Shown here: one piece after another, positions 50,658 through 59,293 of the stretch
Layout: the number at the start of each line of letters is the position of its first letter
Numbering within the stretch: position 1 is the first letter of the stretch
DNA from: a virus
IMG/VR virus record: IMGVR_UViG_3300029923_000015
Span: 14,732-78,731 of that record
DNA: 64,000 nt
Direction: 5' to 3' (one strand)
Notes under the pieces: model-generated
The model's input: only the letters and a program-made list of their open reading frames with translations
Database searches by the model: none
What the model was told of the DNA's origin: nothing
Made by a program: the position numbers and the translations under genes

Positions 50658-51642
50658 GTAATGATTCTACACCATCACCTTCGTAGTATTCTTTTGTGTA
50701 ATCCCATAGACCATTGCGTAAGTGCCAATCTATTTGTGATAAGTTGTTGTCTATGTCTGTAAGTTTGTTGAGTATTGTTCTTTCCGGAACACTCAAAACT
50801 TTAACTTCATTGTTGCCGTTTTCAATGGTTACAATATAAGTTTCGCTTCTGTATTCCTCTATATCAAGATTCAATTCGTTTTTAAAATACCAATATATCG
50901 CCATCCAATAGAATGCCATTTGCTGCCCGTAATCGTATTTTGTAAATGATTCTGCAAAATTACTATTACTAAGTGTCGTTTTTATATCAATTAATTTTAT
51001 TACTTTGCTTTCGTGGTCTATTATTAATCTGTCGATTAATGATTTGCATGAAACTGTTCCTCCGAATTTTGTCTCGTATTCCCAGTTAATATGGAATTCA
51101 TTATGTGTTTCTACATTAGGTGAATCCAGTTCTGTCAAAATGAGTTCTCTCGCTTTCTTATGAAGCGAAACATTCTCTTTCATTATTTTCAATGAAGTTA
51201 ATTGAGCCCATGACATATTCTTTTGTCCGGCAGTATTACTTCTCAACCATTTGATATATCCTTTTAGCTGTAGAGCCATTTTAAGGGCCGTAGCTTCAAT
51301 CGTAGCATCTGTCTTACCAGTTGCACTATAATTCAATTTAAATGCCTCTATCGCCTTTAAAACGACGCTAGGGGCTTTGCTATCTATATAAGATTGGCAA
51401 AATTGTTTTTGTTGAGAGGATGATGGTATTGTAAAGTCCAATATCCTATACATCTTACTAAATTCATTGTATTGTAATAGGTAAGCATGCCTCATGGTTC
51501 CATTATCCATCGCGGACGAGGCGTCGTTTGGTATCTTGCCGTCAAGTTTATCCCTAAAGTATCTAGGAGATATTTTGAACCAATTTAAACTGGATCTTGA
51601 TATCCTTGAGTTGTCTTCGTAATATGGTATACTAATATCCAT
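50641..51642 (-). CDS. PD-(D/E)XK exonuclease (RecE/DUF3799-like); likely start 51642
   Basis: ISRSSL...SP, GTMRH, CKSLIDRL...LIDIKT and YDYGQQMAFY motifs. The upstream extension to 51678 overlaps a hairpin. Confidence 0.8.
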   Translation of the reverse strand: MDISIPYYEDNSRISRSSLNWFKISPRYFRDKLDGKIPNDASSAMDNGTMRHAYLLQYNEFSKMYRILDFTIPSSSQQKQFCQSYIDSKAPSVVLKAIEAFKLNYSATGKTDATIEATALKMALQLKGYIKWLRSNTAGQKNMSWAQLTSLKIMKENVSLHKKARELILTELDSPNVETHNEFHINWEYETKFGGTVSCKSLIDRLIIDHESKVIKLIDIKTTLSNSNFAESFTKYDYGQQMAFYWMAIYWYFKNELNLDIEEYRSETYIVTIENGNNEVKVLSVPERTILNKLTDIDNNLSQIDWHLRNGLWDYTKEYYEGDGVESLLEHGT

Positions 51643-51668
51643 TTTATTTCGGTTTAAGTAAAAAAAAT

Positions 51669-51718
51669 AATAAAGCATGTGTCAGGATTATCACATCCAA
51701 GTTTGCACATGCTTTATT
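51669..51718 (-). terminator. 13-bp hairpin followed by a U-tract on the - strand
   Basis: AATAAAGCATGTG (51669-51681) / CACATGCTTTATT (51706-51718), with a run of A at ~51660-51667 on the + strand. Confidence 0.55.
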
Positions 51719-51745
51719 TGCTAACCCCTTAGCATATTTTATAGA

Positions 51746-52066
51746 TTATGCTGCCAATTTAGTTCCAAAGAATGCTAAATACAATCTTTCGATAGCTTCT
51801 TTAGTCTTTTTTGCATCTTCTTTTTTCTTTTCAGTTTTGAGTAATTTATTGACATCTAAATCTTCAATGTTTTCAACTAATTTGTTGAATTCATTTTCAG
51901 CTTCTATCAACTGATCCGAGCAAAAGTCTGTTGCTGATTCAAATTTGCGTTTAGTCGAACGTTCCACGAGTGGTTCTTTCAATTTCTTTGCAATATCTGC
52001 AGTCATGTTATAAAATTTCTTAAATAAATTCTCTTTTGCTGGTATAATCACTTTTGTTGCTTCCAT
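51746..52066 (-). CDS. Hypothetical coiled-coil protein
   Basis: 106-aa Lys/Glu-rich ORF with an A-rich start context. Confidence 0.65.
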   Translation of the reverse strand: MEATKVIIPAKENLFKKFYNMTADIAKKLKEPLVERSTKRKFESATDFCSDQLIEAENEFNKLVENIEDLDVNKLLKTEKKKEDAKKTKEAIERLYLAFFGTKLAA

Positions 52067-52067
52067 T

Positions 52068-52295
52068 TTAATAGTTTTGTTTGATTGTAATAAACGTTGT
52101 GTAGTCCAATATTTCTATCGGACCTATTGTATGTTCTTTTGCTTCTGTAACTAGTTGAGTGTTTGCATCTCCAAAAGGTGTATATGGTTTAATGTTATCA
52201 TATATGCTACTTCTTTTGTATGTCATTCTCCCAGTCCTTGCACACCAATCCTCGTATGTTTCATATCTACGAGGTAATAAATTATCTGCATCCAT
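52068..52295 (-). CDS. Hypothetical protein
   Basis: 75-aa ORF abutting the next gene. Confidence 0.55.
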   Translation of the reverse strand: MDADNLLPRRYETYEDWCARTGRMTYKRSSIYDNIKPYTPFGDANTQLVTEAKEHTIGPIEILDYTTFITIKQNY

Positions 52296-52319
52296 AATTG
52301 TATACTGTATTTGAATTGT

Positions 52320-52397
52320 TGCCTATCTCGGTGTTACTCCGATAAGGGGTATTATCTATGAATTTAGACAATACCCCTTTCCTGTTCTGTAATAGGC
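52320..52397 (-). ncRNA. tRNA-like (tmRNA-TLD-like) structured element
   Basis: On the - strand: GCCTATT/GATAGGC 7-bp acceptor-like stem, an unpaired linker, a 15-bp hairpin, a TCGG-AGTAACA-CCGA T-arm-like hairpin, then AACAA. G.U pairs form only on the - strand. Confidence 0.45.
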
Positions 52398-52450
52398 TCG
52401 ACGATTATAGGTCTTCGTCGGTATTTTTATCTTCATTCATATGTAAAATA

Positions 52451-53635
52451 TTACTTATAAATGTAGAAAATGTCTTCTTTTTTTGTCCCTTGCATGTCAT
52501 TTTTTTTCGAAAATAATGCGAATTTAACTTCAATGTTCTTTGATTCAGCTTCGGCAAAAATAGCTTCTCTCTGGTCTGCATTGTATATTGAACCGGTACC
52601 GTCTGAGATCACTAATAAATATTGCTTTGTTTTAAGTTTTGTTAACAATCTAACTTTTTCTAATGTACATCGACCCATATTGTCTTCGTCATCTTCGTCA
52701 ATTGTAAACACTTTATTCTCCAAATCTGTTTTATTTCTTATTCGTTGTGGTGCAAATTCACCAGTTGAATACAAGTGTGAATTCCAAAAGGAATTTTCTA
52801 CGCTAATGTTCATTTTTACACAATCATCATATGTTTTTTCCATTAAGGCATTGCGCCAGTCATGAAAACCTCCCATACTTCCTGATCTATCAATAATGGT
52901 ATGCATAAATCTCTCACTTTCAATCACTTGTTTCAAGTATAACTCTTTGCCTATAATTTTTTTCATAAACAAAGCCTTAGGTTTAATAAATTCCACAGGA
53001 GATACCTTCTGTAAATCAGAAATTTTTGACATTTGTCTATATTTCTTTTTCTTAGAATTTGTAGTACCTTTCATTTTTTTTAGCCAAGCCTCCAATTCTT
53101 TGTATCCTACCATATCTTTTAGTGGGTTACCGTCCTCTGGCTCTTTGTGTTCGTTAGAATTTTCTTCTGCGCAGGTATTTCTACTTACTACCCCTTGCTC
53201 TTCTTTGATTTCCTCTTTTGTAGGTTCAAATTGGATTATGTCTTTGTACTCATTGTACATTGCATTGATCGTTCTATTTAAGATCGTGCCTTCTTCATAT
53301 TTCCCTGATTCTGCCATTATATCTGACTTCAAGGCTATATCTTTATAAGACTCGACGTCTTCTCCATCTTCCCCTTTCTGAAAAGCTGATTGCGTCTCGT
53401 ATCCGCTTAATTTATTATATATGCTTGGTAGCATAATGGATTCGAATTTTTTCAGTTCCAATTCCGCTGATTTATATTCTTTCGTATATGTCCCGCGCGC
53501 TTTACAATTTTCCATTTCTCTGTCTTTGTTTGATTTTAGAGCTTTTTTAATTGCTGCTAATTTCACAAAGTCTTCGTATTCCATATTGTACTTCATATCT
53601 TGGAAGCACGCGTGTGCGTTATTTCCTGCTATCAT
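52451..53635 (-). CDS. von Willebrand factor A (MIDAS) domain protein
   Basis: IIDRSGSM (DxSxS) and LLVISDG motifs in the C-terminal half, directly downstream of the AAA+ gene. Confidence 0.8.
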   Translation of the reverse strand: MIAGNNAHACFQDMKYNMEYEDFVKLAAIKKALKSNKDREMENCKARGTYTKEYKSAELELKKFESIMLPSIYNKLSGYETQSAFQKGEDGEDVESYKDIALKSDIMAESGKYEEGTILNRTINAMYNEYKDIIQFEPTKEEIKEEQGVVSRNTCAEENSNEHKEPEDGNPLKDMVGYKELEAWLKKMKGTTNSKKKKYRQMSKISDLQKVSPVEFIKPKALFMKKIIGKELYLKQVIESERFMHTIIDRSGSMGGFHDWRNALMEKTYDDCVKMNISVENSFWNSHLYSTGEFAPQRIRNKTDLENKVFTIDEDDEDNMGRCTLEKVRLLTKLKTKQYLLVISDGTGSIYNADQREAIFAEAESKNIEVKFALFSKKNDMQGTKKEDIFYIYK

Positions 53636-53637
53636 TA

Positions 53638-54867
53638 TTATCGCTTGTTAATCAGGGTTAATAACTCATCAATTTCTTTTATTGCATTTATAGCACTTTG
53701 TTCTCCACTCAAAGCGATAGCCTTTCTAGCGATAGCCTTTTTAATGATTTCCAGGTTTCGACTGGTATCAATGAATGAATCATAATCTGTAATTTGTCCG
53801 TCTCGTATTGCTTTCTTTGTCGTTACGATTTCGTTAAATAGTGATTTATATACATTGATACTTGTTTTTGTTTTCAGGTAATTGGTTACTGGCGTCATCA
53901 AATTATTGGTGATCTTTTCAGAATAGTTCTTATTCTTAATGATATCCAAATTTTTAATGTATTTTGACATTTCCAGAATCTTTCGTGGGGAAAGACCTTT
54001 CATCTCTGTAATAGTGTCAATCATTGCAGCCAGTTTATCTTCTCCAAAGTCTGGATAACGATTTAAAATCAGACTCGCTGAGTTTAGTTTGTTGATTTCG
54101 TACTGGAATGGATATGATACAGCGAATCGTTGAGTTAACGCCTCTGTTGAGTCATCTTCAATTACTTCTTCGTATGTTTTGTTGGTAAGCCCGATAATAA
54201 TTTTGGTTTTTATCGGGAAACGTTGATTTCCGTTTCGAATTTCTTTTGAGGTTAATGTATCCTTAAGTGCGGCCAACACTTGTGGATTAGCGTCAAAGAT
54301 CTCTTCGAGAATCACAATCTCACTGTTTGCGAATGAATTTTCACAATTGTATTCGATTGAGCCCGTGTCAGTCATTTTCTTAATATTAATGCCTCCGAAT
54401 AAGTCTTCAACGGTGGTAGCTTCAGATAGCGATTTAATGAATACGCGCCCCTTCAATTCTGCACATGAAAATAATTCGTCACAAACTTCTGATTTACCAA
54501 AACCTCCTTTACCGTATAATATGAGGTTCATATCATTTGACAATGCATTCTTGATAACCTGGGAAGGTCCAGACATGTTAATGAATTTCTTGCTGATAAT
54601 TTCATATATTTTGTCAGAGTTTTTGTATTCGCTCAACAAAATATCACCGAATTCGGCAAGTATGTTTTTCTTCACTTTACGGAATTTTCGTCCGTCAATT
54701 TCCTCGTCGATCCATTCTCCTTCTGATATATATTCGCTATTGTCCTGAATTACGAAGTCAAATGTATTTTTGTCGATGACGATAAATTTACTCGTCTTAA
54801 CTCCGAAATGTTTTTCAGTCTCCATTGGACTAATCAGATAATTTTCTGTATTGGATTTTATATTCAT
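53638..54867 (-). CDS. MoxR/RavA-like AAA+ ATPase
   Basis: Walker A GKGGFGKS, Walker B IVILEEIF, plus EDLFGG, IRNG, GLTN and ALTQRF motifs. Confidence 0.85.
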   Translation of the reverse strand: MNIKSNTENYLISPMETEKHFGVKTSKFIVIDKNTFDFVIQDNSEYISEGEWIDEEIDGRKFRKVKKNILAEFGDILLSEYKNSDKIYEIISKKFINMSGPSQVIKNALSNDMNLILYGKGGFGKSEVCDELFSCAELKGRVFIKSLSEATTVEDLFGGINIKKMTDTGSIEYNCENSFANSEIVILEEIFDANPQVLAALKDTLTSKEIRNGNQRFPIKTKIIIGLTNKTYEEVIEDDSTEALTQRFAVSYPFQYEINKLNSASLILNRYPDFGEDKLAAMIDTITEMKGLSPRKILEMSKYIKNLDIIKNKNYSEKITNNLMTPVTNYLKTKTSINVYKSLFNEIVTTKKAIRDGQITDYDSFIDTSRNLEIIKKAIARKAIALSGEQSAINAIKEIDELLTLINKR

Positions 54868-54971
54868 TTTGATATGTTTTGTTTTTTGATTAACAGAGTA
54901 ACTCCATTCTGTTAACGAAGATTAATAATAGTGATAATTATTTGAACTTTTCCAAGGTTCAATTTAAATTG

Positions 54972-55045
54972 TAGGCCATACGAGATTCGAACTCGTATAC
55001 TATCTTATTTCTAAGATCCCCATGTACCTATGTGGGCAATGGCCT
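54972..55045 (-). ncRNA. tRNA-like RNA with no canonical anticodon loop
   Basis: 74-nt cloverleaf: AGGCCAT-TG-CCCA-CATAGGTACA-TGGG-G-ATCTT-AGAAAT-AAGAT-AGTAT-ACGAG-TTCGAAT-CTCGT-ATGGCCT-A. Confidence 0.8.
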
Positions 55046-55235
55046 TCCGATTATTTTGTCTTTGAAGTGTGCACTATTTCATTGCACTCTACTGATATAC
55101 CCATATACATCTAACGTTTGTTTTTCCCTGGGTTATCATCCCAATTGCAATCTTCTACTTTTTTACATTGCTTTGATCACACATCGCAATACTTTAACAG
55201 GTTGCTAATCGATATGGACGATCCTGTTCTTTCAG

Positions 55236-56213
55236 CTAATTAGCCATTGAATCAAAAATCTGTAATGCTTTCGCATATCCCAGTCCTTTGACTAAATCGC
55301 TAATATCTTTTGTTTTATACTTTTTGTTGATAAAGATTGCATTTATATTATACGCTTTTGATACTTTCCTTGCATATTCAACTCCTGCTTTATCTCTATC
55401 GTAAAAAATCAATATTCTTTTAAACCTTTTTTTCAGGTTATTCATTACACTCTCTGGTATTGTAACGCTTTCGCTCGAAGGAGCAACTGCATCATATCCC
55501 ATCTCATGTAATACCATGACATCTTTCAATGATTTTGTGATAATAAGCAAATCCCCATTTTCCGGTAATTGCTCAAATCCTTGAATATCAAGAGCGTTTA
55601 AATTCCCTCTCCATTTTATCATTTTAGAACCAAAAGGCCTATAAATTTTAAACTTGTTAAACACTTTGTAACAGTACAAAGGGTTTTCTATTTCGTATTT
55701 ACCTTTTACTATTCCATTTGTTAAAAACTTAGAAATTGGACTAACATTGTATATCTTAAGTGTTTCTTTAGATACACCAAAGCTACTCCAAAATTTAATA
55801 TCAGTAAGATTTAATGGCTTTCTGACTACGCTTATAATCGTGTCTTTAATTAATCGTTGCTTATGCTCTGACGACATCATTAATTTTAACCCATTAATAT
55901 TCATATCTTCTGAAATTACTTTCAAGGTCTCTTCATATGTATTTAGGTTTTTTAGTCGTTTAACAAATTTAAATACGTTTCCGCAGTCATCGCTTGCCAA
56001 GTCTTTATACAATAGATCTCCCGTTTTTCTACTTACAAAAATTCCAAATGAAGGATTTTTGTCATCTCGTAACGGACTATTATATATATAACCTATTTTA
56101 AAATCACCTATATATTTAGAGAAGATATCATAATCAGTTACTTTCTCTAGTATATTTTGCATTGTAATTTTGGCCTCTGCGTTTTGATTTAGAATAGTAT
56201 TGGTATTATACAT
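55236..56213 (-). CDS. dnaG: DNA primase (DnaG-like, TOPRIM)
   Basis: SPLRDDKNPSF N-terminal domain; LIITKSLKDVM, APSSE, FYDRDKAG and KDISD motifs typical of crAss primases. Confidence 0.88.
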   Translation of the reverse strand: MYNTNTILNQNAEAKITMQNILEKVTDYDIFSKYIGDFKIGYIYNSPLRDDKNPSFGIFVSRKTGDLLYKDLASDDCGNVFKFVKRLKNLNTYEETLKVISEDMNINGLKLMMSSEHKQRLIKDTIISVVRKPLNLTDIKFWSSFGVSKETLKIYNVSPISKFLTNGIVKGKYEIENPLYCYKVFNKFKIYRPFGSKMIKWRGNLNALDIQGFEQLPENGDLLIITKSLKDVMVLHEMGYDAVAPSSESVTIPESVMNNLKKRFKRILIFYDRDKAGVEYARKVSKAYNINAIFINKKYKTKDISDLVKGLGYAKALQIFDSMAN

Positions 56214-56231
56214 AATCTGTTTATAATCAGC

Positions 56232-56882
56232 TTAAAAAGGCGCTGTCATAGAATTAGCGGTAGCGTTCATCATATTCACTGCTGTAGCTCCTCCACCAAA
56301 TATATTTGCTGCCGTTGCAGTTGATGTTTCTTTATCTCCTATTTCTGGACGATCAAACACATCAATACCTAATTTTTTAATCTTAGATTTATCCGCTGGG
56401 ATATCCATGCTCTCAATGAAAGTATATTTGGCATATTTAGGCAATGAGGTATAACCTGTTTCGCCATAAATAACTTTTACTCTCAATAGTTTGTTTTTAT
56501 CAACTGCATCCATTAATGATTTGACCCATGAGTACAATTCATCGAACTCGCTGAAAGTGTAGTTCTGTAATGCTTCTTTTTCGTAGAAACATCCCATAAC
56601 TTGTAATATTCTTGCCACTTGGTTATTTGCTTTTGTTGCAAATTGTTCGTCTGTGTCTTCTGATCTTTTATTTGGTTCCCATTCTGTATGGGTTAACTTG
56701 GCTCCGTTTTTTGCAAATTCGAATTCAAGGAATAAATTGCCCCCGGTGGAGCGTTCTTTTCTCACGTTAACAAAGTTTACATTTTCGTGAATACCTCCTT
56801 CTAAGAAGGCAATGTCTTTCTTTTCAACGTCAAAAGCGTTTTGTGTACTAAATATCATAATCTGTCTCTTTCTATTAATCAT
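56232..56882 (-). CDS. Putative single-stranded DNA-binding protein
   Basis: Lies between the ATPase and primase and has a flexible C-terminal tail ending in PF. The likely start is the second Met (MIFST). Confidence 0.55.
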   Translation of the reverse strand: MINRKRQIMIFSTQNAFDVEKKDIAFLEGGIHENVNFVNVRKERSTGGNLFLEFEFAKNGAKLTHTEWEPNKRSEDTDEQFATKANNQVARILQVMGCFYEKEALQNYTFSEFDELYSWVKSLMDAVDKNKLLRVKVIYGETGYTSLPKYAKYTFIESMDIPADKSKIKKLGIDVFDRPEIGDKETSTATAANIFGGGATAVNMMNATANSMTAPF

Positions 56883-57621
56883 TTGATGGCAAAAATACTT
56901 TATCCCAATAGGTTGTAATCACATTATCTTTATCAGAATCTGCTATAACTATTTTTTTCCCTCTTAGGTGCGGGGCTCTTGCTTCTCTTACTGAGTTTAC
57001 TCCTCCTTCAAATGATATTAAAGTCTCATTTGTTTTTCTATAAACATATCCCACTGCGTCTGCTTCTCCGCAGACTATTAATCCAAGTTTTCCAACCAAG
57101 TCTATTTCCATTTCAGATAATTCTATTCCGTCTTTAGTTATTAGACTGTCTTTTGTATGTCCTATCAGAATAAAATGATCTGTTAGGTTACGAAAGTTAT
57201 CTATTACTGTTTTTACGGCTTCCCTTAAATAAAGATATCCTGCTCCTTTTTCTAACGTTCTCACATCAGTTCCAGTCCAGTTCTTTGCTATTGGGTTTTG
57301 TTTATATAGGCTGGCGGCATATGGCAAACACATGTCTTCTAGTCTTGTAGCATTATCTATTGCAATGTAATCGTATGGTTTTTTCCCTGTTTCTGCAATT
57401 TTTGTTTTAATTGCTGTTGCTATCTCTCCTAGATCTGTGACGCTTCTAGCTTGAACTGCCATTGCTTCTAAGAACTCTGATCCGCCTTCTAGATCTACTA
57501 TTAGGCAGTTTTTTAGGGTTGATAGTAATGTTGTTTTTCCAGTTTTAGGCTTTCCAAACAAAATTAAGAATCTTGGGTTTAATACTTTGGGTATGCTTTT
57601 TATTGTTGGTAGTATAACCAT
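56875..57621 (-). CDS. Sak4-like / AAA_24 ATPase
   Basis: Walker A GKPKTGKT, plus IVDLEGG, IAIDNAT, LIGH and ADAVGY motifs. Confidence 0.85.
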   Translation of the reverse strand: MVILPTIKSIPKVLNPRFLILFGKPKTGKTTLLSTLKNCLIVDLEGGSEFLEAMAVQARSVTDLGEIATAIKTKIAETGKKPYDYIAIDNATRLEDMCLPYAASLYKQNPIAKNWTGTDVRTLEKGAGYLYLREAVKTVIDNFRNLTDHFILIGHTKDSLITKDGIELSEMEIDLVGKLGLIVCGEADAVGYVYRKTNETLISFEGGVNSVREARAPHLRGKKIVIADSDKDNVITTYWDKVFLPSND

Positions 57622-57717
57622 TTTGCTGTCTTATTGTTAAAAAACAGCAGATGATTTTTTATTTGATAGAGTTGACAATATTTGATATGATTTGATATAA
57701 TCATCCGCATGTTATTA

Positions 57718-58272
57718 TTATGCGTAGATATTTTCGATAGTAACAGTATACTCGGTGGTGTATTGAGGTTTACGATAACTATAGAAGGTTGGAAAGCTAA
57801 TTGCCTTTGGGATTATGGTGTATCCTACTTTTGTACAAGAAGCAAATTCTTCTACATCTGTAATATTTCCACAAAGTGGGCATTTATAACTTTCTGAGTA
57901 ACGGTCGTTACTTTTTGTGGTTTGTTTTGCGTTGTTGAGCGCAAATAACGTCAGGTGTTTTAGCGCTCCTGCTGTTTCTGTCATCAAATTGTAGTTTGGC
58001 ATTTTGTATCCATCTTTCAAATATGATAAATCTTCAATCCAATTTACATCGTGTGTTTTACTGGTACCGAAAGTCAATACGCTTCCTGCTGGTGCATAGT
58101 CTATTCCTTTAATACTCTTTCCTAGGGTATTTTTGAATGGAGCGTCTGTTCCGGCCACTGTCAACCATGGGCATCCTTCGATGATCGTTTCTACAAATGC
58201 TGTTTTTTTCAAACCGAATCTGTCTTGTTTCTTTGTTGGCAATGTTACCGTAAAATTGTAATAGTTATTCAT
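57718..58272 (-). CDS. Hypothetical protein with CxxC motif
   Basis: 184 aa with CPLCG. Confidence 0.65.
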   Translation of the reverse strand: MNNYYNFTVTLPTKKQDRFGLKKTAFVETIIEGCPWLTVAGTDAPFKNTLGKSIKGIDYAPAGSVLTFGTSKTHDVNWIEDLSYLKDGYKMPNYNLMTETAGALKHLTLFALNNAKQTTKSNDRYSESYKCPLCGNITDVEEFASCTKVGYTIIPKAISFPTFYSYRKPQYTTEYTVTIENIYA

Positions 58273-58285
58273 GATGTGTGTTTTT

Positions 58286-59293
58286 TTAAATTTTTATTTC
58301 TAGCTGCTGTTGGTGTCTTTCCGCGGTTATTTCGTCTTCTTCTGGCTCTTTTAGGTTGTTATACTTTAGATCATTGATAAATTTCAATATCTTAAGGTCC
58401 CCTTCTCTATTTTTCAAAAAATGTAAGTATACACAATCTTTTACGGGGAGATTGTTGTAACCATAGGATAATAATCCTAATACTTCAGGTCTGTGTATTA
58501 CTATGACATAGTCTGATCCTTGGAAGACCGCATCGCTTGACGATAAGTCGCTTCGCTGTGGGTAATGAAGAGAACTATTGTTTAACCTTTCTGGCGATTC
58601 AATATTCCTATTCATTTGTGATATTTGTATGATAGAGGTTTTACCAACTTTTTTTGCCCCTATTAATTCTTTTTCTAAATCCACAATAATTTCTCTTTCT
58701 CCTCCGGTACCACTTCCTCTAATTAATAGAGTATGGTCTATAATGACTACTAGCCATTTCCCTTTGGCAAGAGTATCTTGAAAGAATTTTATTGTTGTTG
58801 CTATTTCGCTTACGTTCCCTGGCGTATCTACATAATAAATTGGATAACTCATTATTGTTTTTGCCTCTTTCTGTATCCCCTCATACTCTTCGTCCGTTAT
58901 TAGCCCCTTTTCTGAGGCACTATATAACTCTGATGTGGTTTTTTTTAGTTTATAGGATAATTTTCTTCCCACTTGCCTGCTTGATAGCATTTCAAACGAA
59001 AATGATAGGATTACTATATCTTCGCGTGGATTTAGATCAATAAGATCAGTTTCTAATGTATTGACAAATGACGACTTTCCACTCCCAGAGACCCCTGCTA
59101 TTGCATATATGGCATTTGGTTCAATTCCTCCCATTGCTAGGCGATTGAATTTAGGCCATCTGGTCGCTAATGAGTTTACTTTTTTTGTCCTTCTGTCTTG
59201 AATATATCCAACAATTTCGTTCGTAGCAGTTGATATATGTCTGTATCCTAGTATTTTACTACTCGATTGCGGTGCCATAAACTTCCCCTGCAT
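58286..59293 (-). CDS. dnaB: Replicative DnaB-like helicase
   Basis: Walker A GVSGSGKS, plus FSFEM, IIDH, SQMNR, SDL...FQGSD and LKNREG motifs. It lacks the N-terminal domain of cellular DnaB. Confidence 0.9.
   Translation of the reverse strand: MQGKFMAPQSSSKILGYRHISTATNEIVGYIQDRRTKKVNSLATRWPKFNRLAMGGIEPNAIYAIAGVSGSGKSSFVNTLETDLIDLNPREDIVILSFSFEMLSSRQVGRKLSYKLKKTTSELYSASEKGLITDEEYEGIQKEAKTIMSYPIYYVDTPGNVSEIATTIKFFQDTLAKGKWLVVIIDHTLLIRGSGTGGEREIIVDLEKELIGAKKVGKTSIIQISQMNRNIESPERLNNSSLHYPQRSDLSSSDAVFQGSDYVIVIHRPEVLGLLSYGYNNLPVKDCVYLHFLKNREGDLKILKFINDLKYNNLKEPEEDEITAERHQQQLEIKI

Noticed and set aside
54870-54971. Theta (HDV-like) ribozyme 3' of the tRNA-like element
   Set aside because: The trailer is AT-rich with simple hairpins and no nested double pseudoknot.
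54972-55045. Functional tRNA-Ser(AGA), tRNA-Leu(TAG) or suppressor tRNA
   Set aside because: No register gives a 5-bp stem with a 7-nt loop, and it lacks the long variable arm of Ser/Leu tRNAs.
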